A stretch of DNA of 64,000 nt from Dehalococcoidales bacterium (GCA_034418415.1 DAOULS010000111.1:1157-65156), one strand, 5' to 3'; numbered from the stretch's first letter, positions 17,992-27,773 are shown. Notes: generated by a model not told the origin, from the sequence alone. A program made the numbers and translations.

Positions 17992-18231
17992 TTTTCCTCC
18001 TTGTTTAATTACGCTCTTTACCGGTAAAGGCAAATTAACGTGCAGGACTTTATTAAGTAACTCTTGACCCCTCCTTTCGTTAATAATATCTATAAAATCA
18101 TTTATATTATCTATATATTCATGGGCGTGGGGATTTAATTATAGCACAGTTAGTCAAGGTGGGCATAATGTATGTTTCTCGTAAGAAGTACGAAATAAAA
18201 GGTACGTGTATAACTTAAATTAATGCAATTA

Positions 18232-18272
18232 TAAAAAAAGGGGGAGGCAGCCTGTTCTATACTGCCTCCCCA
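18232..18272 (-). terminator. Intrinsic terminator
   Basis: On the minus strand ggggaggcag...ctgcctcccc followed by TTTTTTT. Confidence 0.75.
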
Positions 18273-18401
18273 TGTCAATGTCCTGGAGGTCATCCGGCTC
18301 TACTTGGGCAGGGGGTAAATATCGCGACATCAATTGATTGAAAATCGGGCTTTTATAGGCTTATACTGAATAGTCGGATGGATACCCGTTAGTAGAATTG
18401 A

Positions 18402-18502
18402 CATAACGATTAGACATAACACTAAAACGAATAAAAACAAATCAGCTACGACCCAAAGCTAAAACAACAAAAAAATTTTTTCCAAAAACAAATAAAACGA
18501 AT
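18402..18502 (-). repeat. Dispersed ~100-bp AT-rich repeat, copy A (inverted relative to B and C)
   Basis: Reverse complement matches 56874-56974 at 92/101 nt, ungapped. Confidence 0.9.
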
Positions 18503-18552
18503 CAATAATCAAGAGTGAAGAAACCCACCGGAGTCACGGGCTTTCTGGGTAT

Positions 18553-19023
18553 CTATTCTAGGGGTACATCACCTTTCCCGCACCTTACATCGTCATAACA
18601 AAAGTCCTGTTGCCTTCTGGCTTCCTGCTCGTCAATCCACTTTTCCAGACCGATTTCCTTCATCCTCTTCCCATCGTAGATTACCGTCGGCTCGCTTTTA
18701 GCGAATCTCTCTATCATCTCGCAGGGATAATCCGTGCACATCGGGCAGGCTTCTATACCCTTGTCTTTGGCGCACTTCCTGATTTTACAGGCAGGATGGC
18801 CGCACGTTTCCTCCCTGCACCTGTTGGTGACTTTCGGATAGGCCAGGCTCTTAAGGAATTTCCAGAATTGTTCAAAACCCTCTACACTTTGCCCCCACTC
18901 CTCCCAGTCCCCGGCTTTCATCGTTTCCATCAGGGCTGATGCCTTTTGTGGCATGCGGCATCTGGTTCCGCAGTTAGGACAATATATACCGCAATACGTA
19001 ACCTCGCTTAGTCGTTCCATCAT
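18553..19023 (-). CDS. DUF3795-family Cys-rich protein
   Basis: YCGIYCPNC..C, CREETC...CKIRKCAKDKGIEACPMCTDYPC. Confidence 0.75.
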   Translation of the reverse strand: MMERLSEVTYCGIYCPNCGTRCRMPQKASALMETMKAGDWEEWGQSVEGFEQFWKFLKSLAYPKVTNRCREETCGHPACKIRKCAKDKGIEACPMCTDYPCEMIERFAKSEPTVIYDGKRMKEIGLEKWIDEQEARRQQDFCYDDVRCGKGDVPLE

Positions 19024-19046
19024 ATGCTCCCCTTAACAGAGTATGG

Positions 19047-19703
19047 TTATTGCTTCTTCCTCGGTGGGTTTTTACGTCCCGTCGTCAGCTTGCAGCGGAC
19101 TTCTCGCTTAACAAGGGCCGCCAGTTCGTTTTCATGTGCTTCCAGAAACCGCTCGACCGCCTGCCGGTCGCGCTTCAAGAGGTCGCGCAGGGCCCATGAC
19201 ATTCCCTTGACCACCATATCATCACGGTCACTCACCAGAGTTTCACAGACCATCAGCGTGCGCGGTGTGTCTCCGGTGCCGCCCTGGGCTTTACGGTTGA
19301 GGAACACGGTACAGACCAGCGCCGCCCGACGCCACCACCGGCTCTTGGAGCGTGTCCAGCTCATTACCCGGGTATCGCTCAGCAGCCCCTCGCGCCAGGC
19401 GGGCCCCGCTATCGCCGTGAAGGCGTCCACCAGACCCCAGCTATCCATCCGGTTCCCGAGTGGCTCTAAATATTTCCAGGTAAGTGCTTTTCTGGCTGTG
19501 GGGTGATTTTTGAGTGTAACCACGGCCGACCAGATGTAGCGCCATTCGTCCATCATGAACAGACGGGCCGCCAGTTCCATAGCTTCCTCATCGGAAAGCG
19601 TGCTCAACTCTTCCATGTAATCGGCGGGTAATTTTCTCTTACTTCGGAATACACCTTTATCGGCAAGCTGCATTGTTGTTTGCAGTATTTTTTCTACACT
19701 CAT
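19047..19703 (-). CDS. DNA alkylation repair protein (AlkD-like HEAT repeat)
   Basis: MDSWGLVD, WWRRAALV, DRDDMVVKGMSWALRDL. Confidence 0.8.
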   Translation of the reverse strand: MSVEKILQTTMQLADKGVFRSKRKLPADYMEELSTLSDEEAMELAARLFMMDEWRYIWSAVVTLKNHPTARKALTWKYLEPLGNRMDSWGLVDAFTAIAGPAWREGLLSDTRVMSWTRSKSRWWRRAALVCTVFLNRKAQGGTGDTPRTLMVCETLVSDRDDMVVKGMSWALRDLLKRDRQAVERFLEAHENELAALVKREVRCKLTTGRKNPPRKKQ

Positions 19704-19717
19704 CGTATATTCCTTTA

Positions 19718-20206
19718 TTACGTCCCGTCGTAAACCCAGTTATGCATATCCACGAATTGAGGTGCCCGGTGACCGAGCATCTGCCTTATTGAATTAATTT
19801 CACCCATGTGGTACCAGGTATGAAAGATACAGCGTACCAGCAACGTGCCCCAGCTTTCTCCCCCCGCCAGCGGATTTTTACATTTCTCCTGCAGGATTTC
19901 TTTATTGGCTGCCTGCAGCCATGCATCCGAAGCACTGCAGGCATCTTTCCATAGGGACAAGGCTTCCTCGAGAGATGGTTGAGAAGGCGGCGCGCCGTAA
20001 CCGTATGGCAGGAACCGGGAATCGGTATTACGGTCTTTTGACCAATCTACAAAATATGCCTGATGCTGGCACGCCACGTGGGCAATTATCCAGCTGATGC
20101 AGTTCATCGGCTCGATGCGTTTACGGGCGTCTTCGTCGGTCAGTCCCTCTAGATTCCTTTCGAACTCCTTGCGGGTGAGGTAAAGCATTTGGACCAGCGT
20201 GTGCAT
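19718..20206 (-). CDS. DinB-family protein
   Basis: MNCISWIIAHVA...CIFHTWYHMGEINSIRQMLG. Confidence 0.8.
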   Translation of the reverse strand: MHTLVQMLYLTRKEFERNLEGLTDEDARKRIEPMNCISWIIAHVACQHQAYFVDWSKDRNTDSRFLPYGYGAPPSQPSLEEALSLWKDACSASDAWLQAANKEILQEKCKNPLAGGESWGTLLVRCIFHTWYHMGEINSIRQMLGHRAPQFVDMHNWVYDGT

Positions 20207-20298
20207 TTCAAACCCCCTTAACCTGTAAAGACTTTAAGAGGTATATAATTAGGCGCTTTCCAGATATTCATGGTACGTCGCAAGACTCCGGAGAGGAC

Positions 20299-20649
20299 TT
20301 ATTTCGGTGATGTTCCGCCGGCCTTGTGGACCAGTCGCCAGGTCACCAGCACAATCAAAAGGCCGCCGACGACGATTATAGTAATGAGCCACCAGCTTAA
20401 TGGTCCTTCGGATTCGGTGGGTGGCCCTTCCAGAATGACAGTGGAGGAAACGGACTTTGTATCCGTTGAAGGTAAACTGGAGTTGTCCGTTATAGCGGCA
20501 ACGGGTCTTGCTGGCAGTTTTGGGAAAATACATGTCACCGCCAGCAGGCACAGGAATATTATAGTAACGTAAGATAGCTTCCTGTACATAATCACTCTAA
20601 AAAGATACTCTTTTTTATTGCAATTTTCAATATACTCAATCCTTGGCAT
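20299..20649 (-). CDS. Small hypothetical membrane protein
   Basis: Hydrophobic segments at the N- and C-termini around a Ser/Thr/Pro linker; start uncertain. Confidence 0.4.
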   Translation of the reverse strand: MPRIEYIENCNKKEYLFRVIMYRKLSYVTIIFLCLLAVTCIFPKLPARPVAAITDNSSLPSTDTKSVSSTVILEGPPTESEGPLSWWLITIIVVGGLLIVLVTWRLVHKAGGTSPK

Positions 20650-20782
20650 AAAAATGACGCGGCAATTATCCCGATGAATAAGTAAAAGTGGAGCCGGGGT
20701 GACAATAGGCAGAACTTTTGAAATGGTATTCCCCCTGCATATTTAGTAGAATGGAAACCAGACTAGAAGCAGATGAATAGCG

Positions 20783-21895
20783 ATGGTTAATTGGAAAGAA
20801 AAGCTTAATGGGGATCCTATACCTTGGCTGCTGGAACACGACGAGACCCAGCCAGCCATTCGCTATTATGCCTTGCGTGATATCCTCGGCCGGGACGAGA
20901 ACGATAAAGAAGTCAAAGCTGCGAGAGCGGCTATCATGGCAAGCGGACCGGTGCCAGTGATCTTGGCGGCGCAGCATCCGGAGGGATATTGGGGAAAACG
21001 ACCCAGGTACACCGGGACGATGCCGGCTATCGTTTTCATGGCGCAGCTTGGGGCGGACGGAGCTGACCCGCGCATTCACGCAAGCTGTGAGATTCTGCTT
21101 TCCCGATACATCGACAGCAATGGTGCCCCTCTGGGTAGTCTGTCATTGAAAGGCACGCCTTCTGGTTCCAGCTATTGCACGGCGGGTATAATGGGGGCGG
21201 CTTTGATTGACTTCGGCTGGCTTGAAGACCAACGCTTGCAGGCAGTAATGGAATGGCTGGCACAGACTATTACCGGGGAAGGAGTGGCTGACACTTCGGA
21301 GCGCGATACAAACAAACGTTACGGTAGGTCTAGGAGTTCAGATCCTTCATTCGCCTGTCCACAGCGTAATGCTAATTTGCCATGCGCCTGGGGCGCAATA
21401 AAGGTGATGATTGCCTTGAACAAAGTACCAACGGCACAGCGAACCAGAAATATGCAGGAGGCTATCAAACGGGGTGTGGACTTTCTGTTGAGCCATGACC
21501 CGGCGGTCGCCGATTACCCCTTTGGCAAGGGGAACAGGCCTAGCTCAACCTGGTTCAAGTTCTATTATCCTCTCCGCAGCGAAGCCGATGTGCTTCAGAA
21601 CCTTGAGGTCCTGGCAGCGCTGGGGCAAGCCAAGAATCCCAAGTTAGCCAACGCGTTAGATCTGGTCATTAGTAAGCAAAACCAACAAGGACGCTGGTTG
21701 CTTGAACGTACCTACAAGGAGTTGGCGGACACACAAGAAAAGAAAGTCTTTTATTGGTACCAGAACTCCCTGAGACTTTATATAACCGGCAAGGAGTTGG
21801 CGGAGATACAAGAAAAGAAAGGTCAACCCAGCAAGTGGGTCACTCTGAGAGCTTTGCGTGTTCTGAAAGCGGCTTATCCAGGAGAACGGAGTTAA
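20783..21895 (+). CDS. (alpha/alpha)6-barrel prenyltransferase/squalene-cyclase-like protein, copy 1
   Basis: DPIPWLLE..PAIRY, QHPEGYW, CAWGAIK, QNQQGRW (QW-like), SKWVTLRALRVL. Confidence 0.7.
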   Translation: MVNWKEKLNGDPIPWLLEHDETQPAIRYYALRDILGRDENDKEVKAARAAIMASGPVPVILAAQHPEGYWGKRPRYTGTMPAIVFMAQLGADGADPRIHASCEILLSRYIDSNGAPLGSLSLKGTPSGSSYCTAGIMGAALIDFGWLEDQRLQAVMEWLAQTITGEGVADTSERDTNKRYGRSRSSDPSFACPQRNANLPCAWGAIKVMIALNKVPTAQRTRNMQEAIKRGVDFLLSHDPAVADYPFGKGNRPSSTWFKFYYPLRSEADVLQNLEVLAALGQAKNPKLANALDLVISKQNQQGRWLLERTYKELADTQEKKVFYWYQNSLRLYITGKELAEIQEKKGQPSKWVTLRALRVLKAAYPGERS

Positions 21896-21912
21896 ATATC
21901 CGGAAGCTAAAG

Positions 21913-21985
21913 TGGAGATAGGGGGATTCGAACCCCCGACCTCCGCGATGCGAACGCGGCGCTCTCCCAGCTGAGCTATATCCCC
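21913..21985 (-). tRNA. tRNA-Ala (anticodon CGC)
   Basis: Reverse complement GGGGATATAGCTCAGCTGGGAGAGCGCCGCGTTCGCATCGCGGAGGTCGGGGGTTCGAATCCCCCTATCTCCA; G3:U70 Ala determinant present; CCA not fully encoded. Confidence 0.95.
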
Positions 21986-22016
21986 ACGGTGACAGGATTA
22001 TTATAACATATCGTGA

Positions 22017-22823
22017 TTAGCGCTCGATTTGCTTTATCTGGTAGCGTAATTTACCGGCTGGCACGGTGATTTCTACGGTTTCCCCGTCGCTCCGGCCGAG
22101 CAATGCTTTCCCCAGTGGCGAGGCGGTGGATATTTTACCCAGGGCGGCATTGACCTCACGCGGGTCTACTAGCATATAACGGCACTCCTCGCCGGAAGCT
22201 AAATCACATACGACGAGTGTGTCCCCGATACCTGATTTACGGGCTGGCTCCTTCTTTTCCTGGATGATATTTGCCGACTTGAGAATCTGCCCTATCTCTT
22301 TAATCCTTCCCTCGATGTGGCCGCGTTCTTCCTTAGCGGCGTCCAGCGGCGCGTTTTCCCGGAAGTCCTTATCGGCGGCGGCGCGCTGTATTTCCGTAAC
22401 GAGTTCCCCGCTCCTCTTTTTGAGGTTCTCCAGCTCTTTCGCCAGCTCGTTGTATCTCTGTTGTGTCAGCGTGGCGGTCTTAATAGTGCCCCGCTTTCCG
22501 ACTGCAGCCGTGGTCTTGCCCTTTTTAGCTTTGAGGTGCGTCGACAGGTTGGTCTGACTCCAGCCCGCCTTCTTGGCATGGGCGAAAAAGGAACGTAAAA
22601 TCACTATCTTTTTTTCGTAGTCGATGTCCGTCACGTTCAGTTGCTCGGTGTAGTTGGCGACGGCTGGGCCGGCCAGCCTGGAAAAAGGACTCTCCCAACC
22701 GTACCAGCGGGCGAATTTATATACCTCCGCCTGACTGGATTCTCTGTCTTCTGTCGATAGCCTGGCCAAGTAAAGTGTAGCGGCTTCACCCAGGCTGGGA
22801 ATCTGGTCTTTGCTGCCGGCCAT
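22017..22823 (-). CDS. greA: Transcription elongation factor GreA with an ~110-aa N-terminal extension
   Basis: LT..RYNEL..ELE.L, AAADKDFRENAPLDAAKEE, KISTASPLGKALLG, VPAG. Confidence 0.85.
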   Translation of the reverse strand: MAGSKDQIPSLGEAATLYLARLSTEDRESSQAEVYKFARWYGWESPFSRLAGPAVANYTEQLNVTDIDYEKKIVILRSFFAHAKKAGWSQTNLSTHLKAKKGKTTAAVGKRGTIKTATLTQQRYNELAKELENLKKRSGELVTEIQRAAADKDFRENAPLDAAKEERGHIEGRIKEIGQILKSANIIQEKKEPARKSGIGDTLVVCDLASGEECRYMLVDPREVNAALGKISTASPLGKALLGRSDGETVEITVPAGKLRYQIKQIER

Positions 22824-22870
22824 CTATATCTCCCTGTTGTAGCGCTGTTTTATTCTAATCATTAACGGTA

Positions 22871-24055
22871 TTAGCGGTCAATGTCGTTGGACTTAAAGGG
22901 TAGCTTGATTATTTTAAGAGTCTTGGTTATCATTTGGTATTTCAGGAGACTCATTATCGTCCGACTGTGCCAGTCGAAAGATATGTCTCTGGCTTTCAGC
23001 AGGGCTTCATCGATACCCCCGGACCTGATAATCTCAAAAACACGGTCGATTTGCCTTGCGCTCATCCTCTCGAACAGCCTGCGTGCCCAGTACCCTGTTC
23101 TTAGTTCCCCTCCCAGCTTCCTCTGCCAGGCCTGTTCGTAGCTTGCCAGTCGTTTTACGGAAAGGTCGTTGTCCGCCAGCGCCCGGTGCAGGACATTTGC
23201 CGCTATTTCCGCCCCCAGCAGACTGTAATAAATGCCGCCCCCGGTGGTCGGTTTTACCTGTCCTGCCGCATCGCCCACCGCCAGCAGTCTCTCGCCGTAA
23301 GTGCGAGGTGGCGGTTTCAGGGGTATGCCCCCGTAACTTAGCTTCACATCAACGGACGTTATTTTGCCCTGCTCCGCCAGACGTTGTAGCCATTGCTTCA
23401 GTCGTGCTCCTGGTTCTGTGCGTGAAAGCAGTCCCGCTCTGGCCTTTCCCCGTGATGTCGGTACCAGCCAGCAAAAAAACCCTAGCGCCATATTCCCGAA
23501 GTAAACCTCTGTCTCTTCGATTCCTGGGGCTTCCACGTCTGCCTGTGCGCCGGCTGTATAATCCTTAGATACTCCCAGCCCCGCCCTTTCGCTTAAGCCG
23601 GGACTAAAACCGCTGGCGATAACCGCCGCCTTTGAGGTTATCTGGAAATTTTTACCATGCTTTGTTCCGGTAATACCGGCGTGGTCGCCGGTGATGGTGA
23701 CGTCTGTTACGCGGCTATTGAATTGATATTCCGCGTTGGCATGCTGCGCTCGCTCTGCCATGGACGCATCAAAAGCCGAACGGTCCAGGACGACTGCCTG
23801 CGGCTCCTTGCGGTGCAGGTGGATGGTATTGCCTGAAGGCGAAAAAAGAACGGCGCTGTTCAGTTCACGGAGAATTACCCTGCTATCGATTTCGAATTTG
23901 TCAGCACATTCTCGGCTGATGAGGCCAGTACAGCAGGCTTTCCTCCCCACCCCTGCGTTTTTCTCCAGTACCAGGACTTTCCAGCCTTTTTCCACCAGGC
24001 GGCGGGCTGCATGGCTTCCCGCAGGTCCGCTGCCGATAATTATTACATCGTACAT
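22871..24055 (-). CDS. Geranylgeranyl reductase-family FAD oxidoreductase
   Basis: YDVIIIGSGPAGS, ACCTG, LDRSAFD, VGDAAGQVKPTTGGGIY. Confidence 0.85.
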   Translation of the reverse strand: MYDVIIIGSGPAGSHAARRLVEKGWKVLVLEKNAGVGRKACCTGLISRECADKFEIDSRVILRELNSAVLFSPSGNTIHLHRKEPQAVVLDRSAFDASMAERAQHANAEYQFNSRVTDVTITGDHAGITGTKHGKNFQITSKAAVIASGFSPGLSERAGLGVSKDYTAGAQADVEAPGIEETEVYFGNMALGFFCWLVPTSRGKARAGLLSRTEPGARLKQWLQRLAEQGKITSVDVKLSYGGIPLKPPPRTYGERLLAVGDAAGQVKPTTGGGIYYSLLGAEIAANVLHRALADNDLSVKRLASYEQAWQRKLGGELRTGYWARRLFERMSARQIDRVFEIIRSGGIDEALLKARDISFDWHSRTIMSLLKYQMITKTLKIIKLPFKSNDIDR

Positions 24056-24146
24056 TCATTCTCCGTACGGAGTCCTGTATTTTTATGTCCAAAATCCACG
24101 TCATAATACTACCTTTTCAAGCTGGTGACTTCAAGTAGTCTATATA

Positions 24147-25415
24147 GTGTATCCGATGACTTTAAAGGAGTATAATAGGTTCAGAAAAATAGTTGATGTT
24201 GATGATATGACAGAGACTCCTCAAGAAAAGCGTTCGTTGCCTGAAAAAGGTCTGTCCTCCGGACTCACATTGCAGCTCCTGCGCGCCAAAGCGAAAACAG
24301 GCTTCCGCAGTCCACATTTCTGGATAATCATCGGACTGTTTATCGTATTTACCTTCGTTTATTACTATCTGCTGGAGTCCTACAAGGACATATACATCAT
24401 TATTTTCTTTTATCCCCTGATATATGCTGCTATCGTCTACCGCATACGCGGAGTGGTTGTTACCGGGGTGGTCTTTCTCGGTATTCTGTTGCCGCAGGCG
24501 CTGGTGGTATCTCAAGACCCGGTATTTCTTGTCCGCACGCTAATTTTTGCCGCTTTCGCTTATCTTGCCGCCGCGCTGGGGGCCGTCCTCCTCAACTATC
24601 TGGAAAGTCAGCTGGAAGCCTACCAGGAAATCCTCTCTCTGAATGAAAAACTTAACGACTATATAGAGAAATTACATAAGACCCAGCAGCAGCTTATCCA
24701 GGCGGCCAAATTGAGTTCTCTCGGCCAGTTGGCGGCGGCGGTAGCCCACGAGCTGAATAATCCCCTGGCGGGAATACTGATTTATACCAGGCTAGCCAAA
24801 GAGAAAATCATCAAAGGCATTGTTGACAGGGAAAAACTGCAGACCAACCTGGAAAAGATAGAATCGGCCATCGAGTATTGTAACAGCATTATTCAGGGAC
24901 TGCTTGATTTCGCCCGCCAGACGGAGCCGCTGTTGCGTCCGGTTACCATAGGGAGGGCTGTCGATAAAGCCATGTCTTTGGCGGGACACCAGATAAAGAT
25001 GAAAACAATCGAGGTTTCCCGTGCGGATGACCCGTCGTTATCGCTGGTGGTGGCGGACTTTAATCAGCTGGTGCAGGTTGTTATCAACCTTATACTTAAC
25101 GCCGTTCAGTCCATGAAAGAAGGCGGCAGGCTTACCATCAACACTTCACAGGATGACAGTCTGGTGAAGATAGCTGTCAGCGACACCGGCAACGGCATAC
25201 CCCCGGAGAACATGGACAAGCTATTTACGCCGTTTTTTACGACCAAGGAAGATGTTAAGGGTGTGGGGCTGGGTTTAGCGATATCTTACGGCATCATCGA
25301 GCGCCACGGCGGCAGGATAGAGGTCCAGAGCGAAGTGGGCAGAGGCAGCACTTTTACCGTAATTCTACCGGCCTATCAGGGTGAAGAACAGCCCGAAGCA
25401 GGGACATCAGACTGA
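24147..25415 (+). CDS. Membrane sensor histidine kinase (HisKA + HATPase, NtrB-like)
   Basis: 4-5 TM segments; LGQLAAAVAHELNNPL, QVVINLILNA, DTGNGI, FTPFFTTK, GVGLGL. Confidence 0.9.
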   Translation: MYPMTLKEYNRFRKIVDVDDMTETPQEKRSLPEKGLSSGLTLQLLRAKAKTGFRSPHFWIIIGLFIVFTFVYYYLLESYKDIYIIIFFYPLIYAAIVYRIRGVVVTGVVFLGILLPQALVVSQDPVFLVRTLIFAAFAYLAAALGAVLLNYLESQLEAYQEILSLNEKLNDYIEKLHKTQQQLIQAAKLSSLGQLAAAVAHELNNPLAGILIYTRLAKEKIIKGIVDREKLQTNLEKIESAIEYCNSIIQGLLDFARQTEPLLRPVTIGRAVDKAMSLAGHQIKMKTIEVSRADDPSLSLVVADFNQLVQVVINLILNAVQSMKEGGRLTINTSQDDSLVKIAVSDTGNGIPPENMDKLFTPFFTTKEDVKGVGLGLAISYGIIERHGGRIEVQSEVGRGSTFTVILPAYQGEEQPEAGTSD

Positions 25416-25418
25416 TTC

Positions 25419-26831
25419 TTATTTGGCAATAGGTCTGGGTATATCTACGGTAAGTTCCGTGCCCCTATCCGGGACGGATTTTACATGGAGGGTGCCGTTT
25501 AGGAGGCGCGCCCGTTCGTGCATCCCCATCAGTCCCAACCGGCCAGCGCTGACCATCCCCTCGATTCTCTCGGGCGCTGTAAAACCTCGGCCGTCGTCGG
25601 TTACGGTCATCCGGATACTGTCATCTTTACTTTCCAGTTTAATAGACACCCTGGATGCACCGGCATGTTTCCTGATATTGTTCAGCGCTTCCTGGGCAAT
25701 CCTGAAAAGCAAAATTTGAGCTTCCGGAGATAGTGCTGTCTTCATATTTTTAGTTTCGACGTCGACCTGGATTTTCTGGTCTCTTTCCAGCCCTTCGGCA
25801 ATCCACTCGAGGGCTGCCACCAGCCCCAGGTCGTCGATTATACGGGGGCGCAGTCCCTGCGCCGTAGCGCGCAGTGACTCCAGGGCTTTGACCGCCTGTT
25901 CCCTCACCTCTTCGAGGTTGCTCCTTAGTGTCGCCAGCTTCGTCCGCGGTGCTGAAACAAGGTTATCCAGCTTTTGAATGAGGATGATGATATCGGGAGA
26001 TACATCGTCATGGAGGTCGCGTGCGATGCGCTTACGTTCCTCTTCCTGCGTCCGAGTTATCTGCTGGAGGTAAGCCCGCACGTTTTCCTCCTGAAGTTTT
26101 TCCTGCGTAACGTCCCTGGCCACATGCTCGAAACCGGTTATCCTGCCCCCGGATACTACCGCATTGGTGGACATCTTTACGGTCCTTATCACGCCGCCTT
26201 TGATGAAAAACTGCTGCTCGTAGGGCTGTTCGAACTCCTCCCCGTTTATCAGCTTGGTCCGTACCTCACGGGCCAGCGCCAGAGAATCTTCGCTTAAAAA
26301 ACGCGCTAGGTGTATCCCCTTCAGTTCATCCGCGCTAAACCCGGTCATTTTCTCAAAGGCGCGGTTGCCGTCCACGAAAAAGCCGTTGACATCCTGCACC
26401 CAGATAGCGTCGCTGGCATGCTCGAATAAATAGCGGTATTTCTGCTCCGAGACGCTCAAGCCACGCTCGGACTCCTCTAACTTGGTAATCAGTTGCTGGT
26501 ACTGCAATCCCCGTTTTCGGTAAGCTTCAATCCAAAAATTTACCAGCAGCCCTACGATGACGACTACGGTACTCTCCAGTATAGCGTCGGCTTTATATTC
26601 GGAAAGTGTAATAATGCGCGGTATGATTACAGCCAGACTTAATCCTAGGGTAGCAAGTCCGATTCGTAAACCGAAGATATAACCGGCGTAGATAATCGGC
26701 ACCAGGAACAGCACCCGTTCCACGCCGTGCCGGGATAGACCCCAGAAAGATAGCAGGGAAGGAGAATCTATCTGTAATATCTGCTGGGGGTAATGAAAGA
26801 TAATGCCGATGATGAACATTGCCACCAGCAC
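25419..26831 (-). CDS. Membrane PAS sensor histidine kinase (HisKA_3, NarX/DegS-like)
   Basis: EEERKRIARDLHDD, LRPRIIDDLGL, RIAQEALNNIRKHA, DDGRGF, GLMGMHER. The N-terminus may extend to 26888. Confidence 0.9.
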   Translation of the reverse strand: MLVAMFIIGIIFHYPQQILQIDSPSLLSFWGLSRHGVERVLFLVPIIYAGYIFGLRIGLATLGLSLAVIIPRIITLSEYKADAILESTVVVIVGLLVNFWIEAYRKRGLQYQQLITKLEESERGLSVSEQKYRYLFEHASDAIWVQDVNGFFVDGNRAFEKMTGFSADELKGIHLARFLSEDSLALAREVRTKLINGEEFEQPYEQQFFIKGGVIRTVKMSTNAVVSGGRITGFEHVARDVTQEKLQEENVRAYLQQITRTQEEERKRIARDLHDDVSPDIIILIQKLDNLVSAPRTKLATLRSNLEEVREQAVKALESLRATAQGLRPRIIDDLGLVAALEWIAEGLERDQKIQVDVETKNMKTALSPEAQILLFRIAQEALNNIRKHAGASRVSIKLESKDDSIRMTVTDDGRGFTAPERIEGMVSAGRLGLMGMHERARLLNGTLHVKSVPDRGTELTVDIPRPIAK

Positions 26832-26927
26832 CCAGAAATGGGGACTGGAGACGGAAAGAGGGGCTTGTTTTAGTGCACGGAACCGAATGGCTGCTACTCC
26901 ATTTTAGTGTACTTAAGAACAGGGCTT

Positions 26928-27590
26928 TTATTGTATGTCGTTGAGGTCGATGTAACCCTGTTTCAGTCCCTTGATGATAGCGTCGGTGCGGCTGCTGCAG
27001 CCGAGTTTGTTAAAGATATTGGTCATGTGGGCTTTCACGGTACGCAGGCTGATAAAGAGTTTTTCCGACATTTCTTTATTGCTTAGTCCCCTTGAAGCCC
27101 ATTTCAATATCTCCATCTCTCTGGAAGTAAGCTGGCCGCCGGCTTCGTGTTCACCCTCGGTTTTTGATATATTGGCCAGTCTCTGCACGAGCTTGCGGGT
27201 TACCTCGGGGTCGAGGACGGATTCGCCGGAACGCACGGCGCGTATGGCCTTCACTACATCCTTGCCCGGTGAGTTTTTCAATAGGTACCCGCAGGCCCCG
27301 GCTTCAAGTAGTCCGATGATATAGCGGATATCACTGTAGGCTGTCAATATTAATAACGCCGTGGAAGGGGAGACCTGCTTGATTTGCTTGGTAGCTTCCA
27401 CACCGTTAAGCCTGGGCATAACTATATCCATGATAACGATGTCCGGTTTGAGTTCTTTGGCTATTTGAACGGCTTCCTCGCCGTCAGTTGCCTCTCCCAC
27501 CAGCTCGAAGTCTTTTTCCTGCTCGAGCAGGTTTCGCATACCTTCCCGCAGCATGGCGTGGTCATCGGCAATTAATATCCTGGTTTTCAT
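26928..27590 (-). CDS. NarL/LuxR-family response regulator
   Basis: ADDH, MDIVMP, GYLLK, LTSRE..IL...GLSNKE...TVKAH. Confidence 0.95.
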   Translation of the reverse strand: MKTRILIADDHAMLREGMRNLLEQEKDFELVGEATDGEEAVQIAKELKPDIVIMDIVMPRLNGVEATKQIKQVSPSTALLILTAYSDIRYIIGLLEAGACGYLLKNSPGKDVVKAIRAVRSGESVLDPEVTRKLVQRLANISKTEGEHEAGGQLTSREMEILKWASRGLSNKEMSEKLFISLRTVKAHMTNIFNKLGCSSRTDAIIKGLKQGYIDLNDIQ

Positions 27591-27773
27591 TTCGCTCCTG
27601 TTGCCTCGGAGTTAGATTGCTCTTACCTTTATATTTTAAAACGTTCGTGTCAAAATCTCAAACTCGACGCATTAAGTCTGGGGTACTATATCCAGGGTAC
27701 GATAATAAATAGGACTTACTAACAGACGTGATACGTCCGAAGGGCGGTTTGGAGAATTTATGCAAATGATAAT

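Noticed and set aside
17000-21912. att duplicate of the tRNA-Ala 3' end
   Set aside because: No copy of tggagatagggggattcgaacc or a degenerate version was seen by eye, so island status is unsupported by direct evidence.
27680-27720. gggtac direct repeats upstream of the NarL-type regulator as binding sites
   Set aside because: Too short to distinguish from chance without comparative data.
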